Virus record (IMG/VR): IMGVR_UViG_3300009873_000020
Location: 1,387-65,386 of that record
Origin: a virus
Taxonomy: Duplodnaviria; Caudoviricetes
Reading direction: 5' to 3' (one strand)
DNA length: 64,000 bases
The notes below the pieces were generated by a model that saw nothing but the letters and a program-made list of their open reading frames with translations, was not told the DNA's origin and did no database searches. Positions 38,242 through 47,305 of this stretch are shown here, piece by piece (the stretch's first letter is position 1; each line of letters starts with the position of its first letter). Made by a program: the position numbers and the translations under genes.

Positions 38242-38873
38242 CGCTCAAGGAGCAGCTCATCGACGCCCTGGTGAGAAACACCGTCATGACCAACGCCCAG
38301 TGTGACAAGGTGCTGGAGCGCTCCAGCCACAACACGCGGCAAGCGCTCCTGAAGGACGGCGCGATCAGCTACATGCCCTACGGCCCAAAGAGGCGCTCGG
38401 TGGTGTTTTTGACCAACGCCGCCCTCACCGCCCGAGGACTCCCGCCCCGAGAGCGCCCGTTCGGGCCGCAGAGCTTGCACGCGCTGTTGGGCCGCTCGGC
38501 CTTTGCCCTGAACCGCCACCCGGAACGCCAGCAGGTGACAAACGCCGTCCTTGAGCAAGCGATCAAGACTGGGCTCGGCGGCGGCGCTCACGTCCTGGAT
38601 CGCCAGGAGAAGCGTCAAGTGGTGTGGCGCGTCATCGTCCCGGCCAGCACCACGACCGTCAAGGCCATCCTGAAGAAACTCCACCGCGTCGTCGGGGCGG
38701 CAAAAAAAACGCCGCTCAAAGCGTGGCTGGAGGCGCGCACCTACGGCCTGGCCGTCATGCTGTCCAACGAGCACAAGGCCGCCGCGCTCGGGCGGGCCGT
38801 GAGCCGAAAGAGCCGCAAATACCCGCCCCTGAACTCTCAAGTCTCCATCCTCATCGAGTACGCCGACTTCTAA
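38238..38873 (+). CDS. Hypothetical winged-helix-like protein
   Basis: ATGA coupling; basic. Confidence 0.55.
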   Translation: MTLKEQLIDALVRNTVMTNAQCDKVLERSSHNTRQALLKDGAISYMPYGPKRRSVVFLTNAALTARGLPPRERPFGPQSLHALLGRSAFALNRHPERQQVTNAVLEQAIKTGLGGGAHVLDRQEKRQVVWRVIVPASTTTVKAILKKLHRVVGAAKKTPLKAWLEARTYGLAVMLSNEHKAAALGRAVSRKSRKYPPLNSQVSILIEYADF

Positions 38874-38890
38874 CCAAAGGAGCGACTACC

Positions 38891-40603
38891 ATGTACCGCG
38901 ACAAGCCCCCGGAAAGGCCGATCAACTGGGCCAAGGTCGGCCAGGACATCGCCACGATCATCGGCTTCACCCTCTGGCTCACCTGGCAGATCATCGTCTT
39001 TTTCTGGGCTCAGAGCATTCTCAACAACTCCGACCCTCCCCCGATTGAAAAGGAGGTGCAGATGCGATTCGACTTCGACCGGGCCGAAGCCCTGGTCCGA
39101 AACTCCGACCGGCTGCTCATCGGACAGTCCTGGGAGGACGGCTCCCCCGCCGTGCTGCCCACGGAACTGCTGGAGAACGGGCACGGCCTGGTGAGCGGCA
39201 TGACCGGCACCGGCAAGACGGCGAAAGTGCTGATGCCGCTTGCCTGCCAGTTCATCCGGGCCGACACGATCGGGCAATGTGAAGTCGGGCCGGTGGTGTT
39301 TTTCGACTTCAAGGCCAAGGACAACGAGACGCGGGCAACGCTTCTGCTGGAGGCCAAGCGCGCCGGCAAGGGTTTTGACGAAATCAACACCGACAGCCGC
39401 TACGAGTCGGCCTGCTGGAACCCCATTGAAGAGATGGGGGAGATGACCGTCTCGGAGCACAGCGCTTGCTTCCGTGAGAGTGCGGGGCTCGTCTACCCTT
39501 TCGGGTACGGATCGACCTACTTCACGCAGCGCCTGGCCGAGCTGTTCGAGACGCACCTGGAGCGCTGCGAACAAAAGGGGATCTACCCGAGGGATCTCAA
39601 GGAGCAGGCGGACCTTATCGAGAGTATGACGCCCCTGGAGGAGCGCCGCGATGCCCAGAGCATCATCGACACGCTGCGGATTCTTGGCCGCTATCCCCAA
39701 TTCTCCGCCGCACCGGAGGGGGCCAACAAAGTCTCGATCAAGCAAGTCATCGAAGAAAAGCGCGTGGTACTGTTTCGTACCCCAAACGGCACCACGTCCC
39801 TTTCCGGCCAGATTTTCATGCGCTGGTTCCTCAACATCCTCTCCCGCCACATGGAGTGGTACAACGCGACCAGGCCGGTCAAGACGGTGGCGCTGGCCGT
39901 GATCGACGAGGCCAACATCCTGATCAACGCGGGCCACGGCGATCTGGCTGCAGCGCTTCAAACCATGCGCTCAAGCGGCGTGAGTCTGCTGTTTTCGACC
40001 CAGGCGTTTGCAAGCGAGGCGTTTCACGACCCGCGCCTCTGGGCCGAGGTGCTCTACGACGTGGGGCTAAAGGTGCACCTTCGCCCCTCCCCGGACCTGG
40101 CCGAGCTTCTGAGCAAGGAGGGCGGCACGCACCGCGAGTGGCGGCAAACCTCCACGACGCTCCGAGACGGCCCCGGTTTTTGGAAGGGCTTTCTCGACAA
40201 CCTCTTTTGGTGGGTTGACCAGGAAGCCCATGTGCCGGACTACTCCATCGACACCCGGTGGACCGAAACGCACTCCGAGGAGGAGCTGCCAAACCTCGAC
40301 CCAAACGACATCCGAAAGGCCGCCAGCCGTGGCGCGGGTGTCGTTAGCAGCTACGCCCTCCCCAATGGCATCCCCCGCATCCTGTACCCAACGTTCGTGT
40401 GCGATAGAGCGGAGTTTCAGCGCCGCCGCCTGATGACGCCGCCTCTGGCCCCGCCCCGCCCGAAAAACGTCCCGCCCGCCCCGAGCGTGAAGGAGATCGA
40501 TACGGCGCTGGAGAAACTCGCCGAAAAACAAAGCGCCATGCTGGAGCAACTGGCTGAAGCTCCCGCCCCGAAGCAAAAGAAGAAGGGAGGAAAGAAGCAA
40601 TGA
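38891..40603 (+). CDS. Type IV coupling protein-like ATPase (TraD/VirD4-like)
   Basis: N-terminal TM; Walker A GMTGTGKT; FFDFK; WNP; Walker B VIDEA; RS.GV.L...TQ. Confidence 0.8.
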   Translation: MYRDKPPERPINWAKVGQDIATIIGFTLWLTWQIIVFFWAQSILNNSDPPPIEKEVQMRFDFDRAEALVRNSDRLLIGQSWEDGSPAVLPTELLENGHGLVSGMTGTGKTAKVLMPLACQFIRADTIGQCEVGPVVFFDFKAKDNETRATLLLEAKRAGKGFDEINTDSRYESACWNPIEEMGEMTVSEHSACFRESAGLVYPFGYGSTYFTQRLAELFETHLERCEQKGIYPRDLKEQADLIESMTPLEERRDAQSIIDTLRILGRYPQFSAAPEGANKVSIKQVIEEKRVVLFRTPNGTTSLSGQIFMRWFLNILSRHMEWYNATRPVKTVALAVIDEANILINAGHGDLAAALQTMRSSGVSLLFSTQAFASEAFHDPRLWAEVLYDVGLKVHLRPSPDLAELLSKEGGTHREWRQTSTTLRDGPGFWKGFLDNLFWWVDQEAHVPDYSIDTRWTETHSEEELPNLDPNDIRKAASRGAGVVSSYALPNGIPRILYPTFVCDRAEFQRRRLMTPPLAPPRPKNVPPAPSVKEIDTALEKLAEKQSAMLEQLAEAPAPKQKKKGGKKQ

Positions 40604-41124
40604 ATTGCCGCCACTGTGCTGAGCCGGTGTTTCTCAAGCCCGACCACCGGGAGGGCTTTACCTGCCCGCGCTGCGGGAAAACGCAAGAACCCCCGCCGCC
40701 CGAGGGGTCCAGGGACGACGGCGCGGGGTTGTTCGAGATTCTCATCACGCCGCGCCTCATCCTCGCGGCCGCACTGTCGCTCGTCCTCATGGCCGTCGGC
40801 ATCGTCACCGGGAACGACGGCTGGATCTGCGCCGGGGCGATGGTGCCGTTTTTCCTGATGGGACTTCCGCTTTCGTTTTCCATCGACAACGCCACCGCTT
40901 GCGCCTGGCTGCGCTACGCCGTCCTCCAGCCGCTTGTGTTTGAGGCGGGGCGCTACTGCCAGATTGCCGCCGTGGGCCGCACCTACAGCAATTTCGGCGA
41001 CGGGCTTTTGCTTGGCCTCTATGCGGCAAGCCTCATGGCGGTCGGAGTGGTCTCGGGGCATCTTGGACTCTTTCTCGCAAACTGGCAGGAGAGACGCCGT
41101 GAACGAACACAAGACCACGACTGA
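40600..41124 (+). CDS. Membrane protein with N-terminal Zn ribbon
   Basis: CRHC/CPRC then 3-4 hydrophobic segments. Confidence 0.7.
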   Translation: MNCRHCAEPVFLKPDHREGFTCPRCGKTQEPPPPEGSRDDGAGLFEILITPRLILAAALSLVLMAVGIVTGNDGWICAGAMVPFFLMGLPLSFSIDNATACAWLRYAVLQPLVFEAGRYCQIAAVGRTYSNFGDGLLLGLYAASLMAVGVVSGHLGLFLANWQERRRERTQDHD

Positions 41125-41281
41125 GGAAGTGGTGGAGATGGCGCTGCTCCACGCCCAAGACCACTTCAAGCGGCGGCTCAAGAAGGAGGACAAGAACTTT
41201 CTTCGCCGCCTGATCGGGGCCAGCATCGAGGCCGCAACGGTATTCACGACTAACGAGGCCGTCAAGCCGAGCGACAACTAG
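41099..41281 (+). CDS. Hypothetical protein
   Basis: SD GGAGAG, GTG 41099. Confidence 0.5.
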   Translation: MNEHKTTTEEVVEMALLHAQDHFKRRLKKEDKNFLRRLIGASIEAATVFTTNEAVKPSDN

Positions 41282-41295
41282 GAGGACTCAGAGCC

Positions 41296-41493
41296 ATGCC
41301 AAACTTCGCCTATGTCACAAACGATCTGCGCGGCAAGCTCGCCCACCTCATTCGGCCCTACGTGGCTGATGTCGATGTGGTACTGAGCCAGGTCTGCCCG
41401 CTGTTGGACAACGAGATCCACAAGCTCGTTAACCGCGAGGTGGCGAAAGTCACCGACATTCCACGCGGGTGGAACGACAACGCGGAGAGTTAG
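41296..41493 (+). CDS. Hypothetical protein
   Basis: SD GGAGG. Confidence 0.55.
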   Translation: MPNFAYVTNDLRGKLAHLIRPYVADVDVVLSQVCPLLDNEIHKLVNREVAKVTDIPRGWNDNAES

Positions 41494-41605
41494 GAGCCTT
41501 GCGGCACGGATGCCCTTTAAGCCCCGGCTGAACGGCAGCTTAACTGGTTCGACTCCAGCGGGGCTTTATCTGGTTTTTCACCACCATCACCTCGGAGACG
41601 CGAAC

Positions 41606-41731
41606 ATGAAGACGTGGCTCAAGATCATTTTCTTCCCCATCTGGATAGCCGAGCGCTACTGGCACGCCAAGGGGAAGGTGAAAAACGACGGGCCGAAGCG
41701 CAAGCCCTTTGGCTTCAGCGAACGCAAGTAG
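41606..41731 (+). CDS. Small hypothetical membrane-anchored peptide
   Basis: SD GGAG; MKTWLKIIFFPIW. Confidence 0.45.
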   Translation: MKTWLKIIFFPIWIAERYWHAKGKVKNDGPKRKPFGFSERK

Positions 41732-41846
41732 GCCCGCTGGAGGCCGGGGCTCTTCATTCTGGACCTCAGTGAGTGCGGCCCGGCCAGCAGAAACGATGAG
41801 ATCGGCGTTTTGGGCGACTGATGAGGCCACGTTCAAGGAGACCACG

Positions 41847-42074
41847 ATGCAAGAGTTCAAGATCCGAGTCTACCGAGACCGCGCGCGAAAGACAAACGTC
41901 CAGGAAACCACCGTCATCACCCTCTGGGCCAAGAACCAAAAGGAGGCAAACCGCACGGCGATCAAGATCGCCGACGCCGAGGGGCACACCTGTGACTGGC
42001 AGCGCGTGGAGGAGGGGTGCTGGGAGTCAGAGGAGACCTTCGACTTCAATGTAGACATTGAGCACCTGCCCTGA
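41847..42074 (+). CDS. Hypothetical protein
   Basis: SD AAGGAG, ATG 41847. Confidence 0.55.
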   Translation: MQEFKIRVYRDRARKTNVQETTVITLWAKNQKEANRTAIKIADAEGHTCDWQRVEEGCWESEETFDFNVDIEHLP

Positions 42075-42083
42075 ACGTTCCTA

Positions 42084-42135
42084 AAGCCCCGGCGTGAAGG
42101 TCACGCGCTTTACCCGTTCGATTCGGGCGGGGCTT
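42084..42135 (+). ncRNA. tRNA-like three-way junction lacking an anticodon arm
   Basis: AAGCCCCG/CGGGGCTT outer stem; GCGTGA/TCACGC hairpin; CCCG-TTCGATT-CGGG T-arm. Confidence 0.4.
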
Positions 42136-42215
42136 ACTCAAAAGTCAAGGAGAATAAATGCCTCAACCAAGGGGTATTTATTCTCCTTGACAACTCGCAA
42201 GAAACAGGCAGTGCC

Positions 42216-42461
42216 ATGCAAAAGCTCCTGACGGTCAAGGAGGCGGCTACCGAGATGCGCCTTTCGGCCGGCACGGTCTACAAGCTGTGCGAGTCGAAGA
42301 AACTTCGCCACCAGCGCTGCGGCGAGAACCAGGGCAAGATCCTCATCCCGCTCGATGCGATTGAGGAGTACTTGGGCAAAACGACGGTGGGGGTAGAGGA
42401 GGCTACCCCCACGAGGAAAAAGCAGCCCCAGGTCAAGCTTGAGAACCTGAAGCTTTCTTGA
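42216..42461 (+). CDS. xis: Excisionase-like HTH protein
   Basis: LLTVKEAA..M.LS..TVY.L.....L...R.G; converges on and overlaps integrase 3' end. Confidence 0.85.
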   Translation: MQKLLTVKEAATEMRLSAGTVYKLCESKKLRHQRCGENQGKILIPLDAIEEYLGKTTVGVEEATPTRKKQPQVKLENLKLS

Positions 42462-43506
42462 GGGCAGCTTCGAGGTGAGCATCGGCCTTGTTCAAATGCT
42501 GGTACACCGTCGCTATCATCTGGCCGTTACTGTGTCCCATCAGCTCCGCGACCGAGAGGTGATCCGCCCCGCTTTCCAGCATCTTCTCCGCGAAGCCGTG
42601 GCGGAAATCATACGCCGCCCACGCCTTGCCGAGCTTCTTCTTGAGGCGCTGGAAGCGGCACACGATGGCCTGGGCCTTCCAGGGGGTGCCGTCCGTGTTG
42701 ACAAACAGCTTCCCCTCCCGCGTGGCCAGACGCTTGACGATCTCTATCGCCCGGTCGTTGAGCCGGATGATGCGCCACCGCTTTCTCCCCTTGGCCTCGG
42801 CGGGCGGTATCTCGATCCTTCGAGCGTCGAGCTTGACGTGCCTCGCCTCGATGTGGCGAGCCTCCTGCGGCCTGCACCCCGTCTCCCAGGAGAAGGTGAG
42901 CAGATCGCGGAAAGGCTGGTCCTTGACCTTGGAGAGGATGGCGGCGAAGTCCTCCGGCGTGACCGGGTTTTCCCGCCGCGAGGCCCGAGGCTTTTCGATA
43001 TGCCGGATCGGGTTCGTCTCGATGTAGCCGAGCTTGAAGGCCCAGTTGTAAGGACGCTGAACGTGGATGATGGCGTTCCTGCGGCGCGTCGGTCCCCACT
43101 GGGGGTGAGCCTCCAGCCATTCGAGGATGTGGTGCGGTCGAAGCTCGGCGGCGGGCAGGAGGGCTTTTTCCCCGAGGTGCGTGATGAAGCCCTGGATGAA
43201 GTCGTGGTAGCCCCGGTGCGTCAGGGGCTCCCGGTTATTCCGGCACCAGGAGAGGAATTTGTCGTACAGCACCACCACCGTCAGGCCGGTCGTCGCGGCG
43301 ACTTTTTTCTTGGGCTCAAGCCGCGCCGCCGCCATCGTTGCGTGAAACGCCTGCACGATGGAAGCGGGAGCGTTCCACTTCCCTTTTATTTTTTTCGGGG
43401 CCGGGGCGTCGGCGGGATGCTCGCCCAGGAAATGCCGCCGCCCGTCCTTGTTGACGTACCACCCCTGCCGTTCTTCCCAGAACCAGGGAGACGCGATGCG
43501 GGCCAT
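42433..43506 (-). CDS. int: Tyrosine integrase
   Basis: ETGCRPQE (R), K, YDFRHGFA (HxxR), LMGH, VYQH catalytic residues. Confidence 0.95.
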   Translation of the reverse strand: MARIASPWFWEERQGWYVNKDGRRHFLGEHPADAPAPKKIKGKWNAPASIVQAFHATMAAARLEPKKKVAATTGLTVVVLYDKFLSWCRNNREPLTHRGYHDFIQGFITHLGEKALLPAAELRPHHILEWLEAHPQWGPTRRRNAIIHVQRPYNWAFKLGYIETNPIRHIEKPRASRRENPVTPEDFAAILSKVKDQPFRDLLTFSWETGCRPQEARHIEARHVKLDARRIEIPPAEAKGRKRWRIIRLNDRAIEIVKRLATREGKLFVNTDGTPWKAQAIVCRFQRLKKKLGKAWAAYDFRHGFAEKMLESGADHLSVAELMGHSNGQMIATVYQHLNKADAHLEAALKKASGSQA

Positions 43507-43648
43507 GTGAAAAACCCTCCAGCCTGAGCCATGTTGATGCACCACGGCGGCCTTCGGGTTGCCCGCCCCTGATCGGTTGCAGCCGGTCAGGGGCTTTTCA
43601 TTCTGTCCCGGAATTCCGTACCCAAAACTATCGAATCGTCATAAGTCA

Positions 43649-43695
43649 GTGGACAGAGCCGGGATCGAACCGGCGACCTAAGGATTTTCAGTCCT
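43649..43695 (-). other. attP core: 3' half of tRNA-Phe(GAA)
   Basis: Reverse complement AGGACTGAAAATCCTTAGGTCGCCGGTTCGATCCCGGCTCTGTCCAC; no 5' half; next to int. Confidence 0.85.
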
Positions 43696-43792
43696 GACCG
43701 CTCCTTCAGCCATCCACGGTCTTAAAGTCTTATGGGAACAGAACTTCAGGTGACAAACGAGCACCCTGTTTCTTGCCGCCACTTTGCATATT

Positions 43793-44335
43793 TTAGGGCA
43801 TTTTCTGGCGTTTTCCAGCGGATTCTGTACCGGGTACAGAATGGTTGTTCAGCACCGCCCATTCCCCGCGCAGCTCCAGACATTTGGCGTCATACGCGGC
43901 AGCGGCGGCCTCTTCGCCCGCGAAGTAGCCGAGGTAGTGACGCCTGCCTTCATGGAGGATGCTCGCCCGGAACTTGCCATGCCGCTTGTCAAAAAAGACG
44001 CCTCGATGTCGAGAGGTTTTGTTCTGGGCTTGATGCCGTCTCTTGTTCCATGAGTTCTGGCCCGAGGTCGCAACTCTCAGATTGATTCGCCGACAATCGA
44101 GCGAATCACCATTAATGTGATCACCTTTGTGCTCTTTGCCGATGCCGAGTAAGAGCTTGTGCAAAAAGATCCGCTGAGCCCCTGAAGTCATGGGGACGGT
44201 GGTAATGGCGTAGAACTTTTTCTTCGACTTGAGCGCACACCAGCGAAATGCTTTTACGAGAGCGTAATCGTCGTCGTCAATCTGCGCGTACTGTCCTTGG
44301 GTCAAGCTAATTTCCACGAACCGACAGTAGCACAA
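43793..44335 (-). CDS. HNH-AP2 homing endonuclease
   Basis: I.LTQG..A.IDD.D, DHINGD.LD.RR.NLR.AT..QN, S..RGV, YLG.F..EE.AA.AYD. Confidence 0.92.
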   Translation of the reverse strand: MCYCRFVEISLTQGQYAQIDDDDYALVKAFRWCALKSKKKFYAITTVPMTSGAQRIFLHKLLLGIGKEHKGDHINGDSLDCRRINLRVATSGQNSWNKRRHQAQNKTSRHRGVFFDKRHGKFRASILHEGRRHYLGYFAGEEAAAAAYDAKCLELRGEWAVLNNHSVPGTESAGKRQKMP

Positions 44336-44368
44336 GCTCCTCCCCCCGCGCTACACTCCCCTCGTGCA

Positions 44369-44791
44369 GGTAGTGTCCTAATTTGAACTCAACCGGGGAC
44401 GAGCCTTGATGGCTGCTGCCAAAGGTGATATTGTGTAATACAACAAATAGATGGACGCAACGAGATTCGAACCCGCATCTCATGAATGTGAAGGCCATGC
44501 GGTTTACCGAGTTAACCTATGCGCCCATGTTATTTGCTTCTCGTAAAACGGGACTTGGACTGGCATGCAGGTTATTTTTCGAGGGTTACGCTGCATGCCA
44601 GTCCTTCTTTAGTCCCGCTACAGCAATGTACTAGCGGTGCTGAATCAATCACACATAATCTTGGCTTGATTAGGCATGGCTTAGTAAGGCACGGTTCGGA
44701 CTGGCTAGGCATGGGTGGGGCTTTCAACTCACAAGTTGAAAGCCCTCGTTTTTTATCTAAACGAAAGTTGATTTGAAATTAGGACACTCCC
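44369..44791. mobile_element. 423-bp MITE-like element, 25-bp TIRs, 8-bp target duplication CTCGTGCA, carries a tRNA gene
   Basis: Left GGTAGTGTCCTAATTTGAACTCAAC (44369-44393); right-end reverse complement GGGAGTGTCCTAATTTCAAATCAAC (44791-44767); 22/25 identical; CTCGTGCA at 44361-44368 and 44792-44799. Confidence 0.8.
44452..44526 (-). tRNA. tRNA, most likely Val(CAC), with 9-nt anticodon loop; no encoded CCA
   Basis: GGGCGCA/TGCGTCC acceptor, GGTT/AACC D stem, CATGG/TCATG anticodon stem, loop CCTTCACAT, GCGGG-TTCGAAT-CTCGT T arm, A discriminator. Confidence 0.75.
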
Positions 44792-44794
44792 CTC

Positions 44795-45364
44795 GTGCAG
44801 CCCACCGCCCAAGACATCAAGAACGCTCAAGTCCGGCAGGCCATCGCCGACCGCCAGGCCGAAGAGTACGGCCAGTGCCTGAGATGGGCCTTGGGCGCCT
44901 TCGGGCCCGGCTGGCTCCCGAGCGGCAGACACTTTCTCTTGGACAAGGCGGTTGAAGACGAGTGCCGTAGGACCGGCGACAAGCCTACCCCAGCCGCCAC
45001 GGTCTACACGGTCAAGAACGCCGGAGGGCGCAAGCGGCACTTCACGGTGACGGACGGACGGGTCAGGGAGGTGGCGAGCTACCAGGAAGGTTTCGGCCCC
45101 ATGCTGAACGAGCCCCACCCCACCATGAGGATCGAGATCAGGGGCCAAGAGGTCGCGCCGCACAGGTATAGCCTCTGCTGGGCTCCCATCGAGCTGTACC
45201 ACCCCAAGAGCGCAGATGAGCTAGCGGCCTTACGGGAGAGCCGGGAGGAGAAGAAGGCCGAGAAGGAGCAGGCTAAGTTCAAGGAGGAGAATCCGCTTCT
45301 TGCGTGGGCTGAGCTAGAGGGGCCTGCGTACAATACAGACGAGCCGCCGTCTGACCAGAGCTAG
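44795..45364 (+). CDS. Hypothetical protein
   Basis: 189-aa ORF, GC-rich coding style; GTG start lies inside the right TSD. Confidence 0.7.
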   Translation: MQPTAQDIKNAQVRQAIADRQAEEYGQCLRWALGAFGPGWLPSGRHFLLDKAVEDECRRTGDKPTPAATVYTVKNAGGRKRHFTVTDGRVREVASYQEGFGPMLNEPHPTMRIEIRGQEVAPHRYSLCWAPIELYHPKSADELAALRESREEKKAEKEQAKFKEENPLLAWAELEGPAYNTDEPPSDQS

Positions 45365-45538
45365 CAGCGCTGCGGCGTAACGCCGTGGAAGTCTCATGGT
45401 GCCCGACAAAAAGTCGTCCGCTTCGGTCTTGTGCAGACACAAGACCCGTGGCGTGCGATGCCCTACGGGGTCAGTTGCTCCGGCAGACGGCGGCTATCCA
45501 GAGCTAGCGAGAATCTGCGGCGGGCCGCCGTGGGACGG

Positions 45539-47305
45539 CTACTGCCCCACATATTCTTCGAACTCTCTCAGCGCTTCTTCTTGCGCGGCCTCATCGAACG
45601 TCCGCTCCCAACAAGCCTTGTAGCCAGCGCTAAAATCATCAAAGCGCGTATCGGGCGGGCACGTCGGCGCCGGCATTGGCGTTTCTGTCGGCGTTGGCTC
45701 AGGCGTAGCGGTTTTCGTCGGCCCAGCAGTCCTGGTAGGCGTTGGCGTCACGCGGGGGGTACTCGTCGGGCGCCTCGTTGGAGTTGCCCTCGGCGTCCTG
45801 GTCGGCATGACGGAAGGCCGAGGCGTTCTTGTCGCTGTCGGGGTTCTTGTCGCTGTCGGCTCCCGCGTCGGCGTAACAGTCGGCGTTTCTGTTGCCGTTG
45901 GCGTTGCGGTCGGTGTCCATGTAGGCACCCCCGGAGGCCAAGTTGCGGTCGGTGTGGGCGTAGGCCAAGGCTCGGCATCACCGACGAAGGTGGCGAGCCA
46001 GTGCTCAAGAGTAGTCCTTCCGTCTGGTTGCAGCTCCATCGCATCACTCGGCACATCAAGCGTTCGCGTCGTCTCGGGTATCTCGGGCCAGGGGCCGGCG
46101 GGTACGTCGCCTGGATCGCAATTCTCGAAGCAGTCAACAAGCTTTCCAACTCCAGATGAGGTTTGCGCCAAGATTTCTTGATCGAGCGGATATCGGTTCC
46201 AGGGGCGCGATCCGACGATTGGAAGGAGTTGCGATAAAAGATCTTCAGGCGAGATTACGCCTACAGTGGACCCCGGAAAAGCAGGCTCACTAACGAGCAT
46301 CGGTGTCGGACCATCAAAGACGCGGCCAGCAGGACACTCATTCATGGCGGCATAAATCGTGCTGCCTTGCGGAATCCCTTTATCATAGTAAATGCAAGGA
46401 AAGTCACCTTGCGAAGCTCCACCACGTCTGTAAACGTTGCCAAGGAAGTTAATTCGGTTCGCCGGGTAAGTGGCACCAAGCGTCATGTTAAAATAATTCC
46501 AGCCGGTGAACGCCCCGAAATTAAAGAAAACTGAATTGATTACCTCCATCGTGATCCCTGCCTTGGCTCGCAGATTGCGATCATGACAGTTACTTACGAT
46601 GTTACGGATAAAGCTGATGTTAGTGTTATTTGAATCAATCATCCCCGCTTTAGAGTGCCCGTCTCCTGTCTGGGCAGTCTTAGGATGGATGCTAAACATC
46701 AAGGCATTAGCGATAAGCGAGCGCGATACCGTAACGTCTGACACCTTCTGATAGGTGCTGAAGTTCTCGTCAACCGCATGGGTCATACTCAGTCTGTCGA
46801 GCACCACGTTTTTTACCGGGACCGAGGAGCCGCCCCAGATAGTGACACCATCCCTTGAGCCGGGATCTTCCCCAGTGATCCTGTCGCCAGGACGCACCGC
46901 CAGATCTTGAATAAAGACATCGCTCGCCTGAATGATGATGCGAGAGTTTCTGACGTGCAGGCCCGGACTCGGACAGGTGGAGCCGAAGAACGACATCTGG
47001 CCGCTCGTGACAATCAGCTTACTTTGAAGATCGACGTATCCGGCGACCTCACATAAAATTGTCCTGCTTCCGGTGGCAGTAAACGCAGCGCGAAGAGAGC
47101 CAGGCCCGGAATCATTGAGGTTCGTCACACGGAGGATTTGCGTGTTGGCGGGTAATGTTGATCGTCCACTTCCAGCAACAGTCTCGCAGCCAAAAGTGTC
47201 GCAGCCGGGGTAGATGGGGATCGCTAAAGCGGTTGAGGCAAAAACGAGTATGGAGAGTAGAAAGCAGAGTAGACGTGTCATGCCCCGAACTATACCACAC
47301 CACAC
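45539..47305 (-). CDS. Exported pectate lyase-like protein (PL1-type beta helix) with Pro/Thr linker
   Basis: Signal peptide; [29 protein letters not shown]......DEN, N.ISF..N, DR.L. Confidence 0.88.
   Translation of the reverse strand: MWCGIVRGMTRLLCFLLSILVFASTALAIPIYPGCDTFGCETVAGSGRSTLPANTQILRVTNLNDSGPGSLRAAFTATGSRTILCEVAGYVDLQSKLIVTSGQMSFFGSTCPSPGLHVRNSRIIIQASDVFIQDLAVRPGDRITGEDPGSRDGVTIWGGSSVPVKNVVLDRLSMTHAVDENFSTYQKVSDVTVSRSLIANALMFSIHPKTAQTGDGHSKAGMIDSNNTNISFIRNIVSNCHDRNLRAKAGITMEVINSVFFNFGAFTGWNYFNMTLGATYPANRINFLGNVYRRGGASQGDFPCIYYDKGIPQGSTIYAAMNECPAGRVFDGPTPMLVSEPAFPGSTVGVISPEDLLSQLLPIVGSRPWNRYPLDQEILAQTSSGVGKLVDCFENCDPGDVPAGPWPEIPETTRTLDVPSDAMELQPDGRTTLEHWLATFVGDAEPWPTPTPTATWPPGVPTWTPTATPTATETPTVTPTREPTATRTPTATRTPRPSVMPTRTPRATPTRRPTSTPRVTPTPTRTAGPTKTATPEPTPTETPMPAPTCPPDTRFDDFSAGYKACWERTFDEAAQEEALREFEEYVGQ

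Larger units (their letters stand above)
35623..43850. mobile_element. Integrative-mobilisable-element-like block: putative relaxase-like wHTH proteins, ParB-like, coupling-protein ATPase, Xis, tyrosine integrase, attP
   Basis: Gene content; high-GC third-position coding style in 37.5-43.5 kb; att core at 43649-43695. Confidence 0.6.

Noticed and set aside
193-43527. Many long antisense or alternate-frame ORFs (e.g. 193-1005, 969-1949, 12953-14068, 15843-16787, 38870-39961, 42475-43527)
   Set aside because: They shadow well-supported genes in GC-rich, codon-biased DNA, and have no SD or recognisable motifs.
43649-43730. Complete tRNA-Phe gene
   Set aside because: The sequence upstream of the anticodon arm cannot form the D arm or pair with the acceptor 3' strand; only the 3' half is present.
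43793-44360. Second TIR-bounded element carrying the HNH-AP2 gene
   Set aside because: Only an 8-bp right-tip match (ACACTCCC); no left TIR or third CTCGTGCA copy found upstream.
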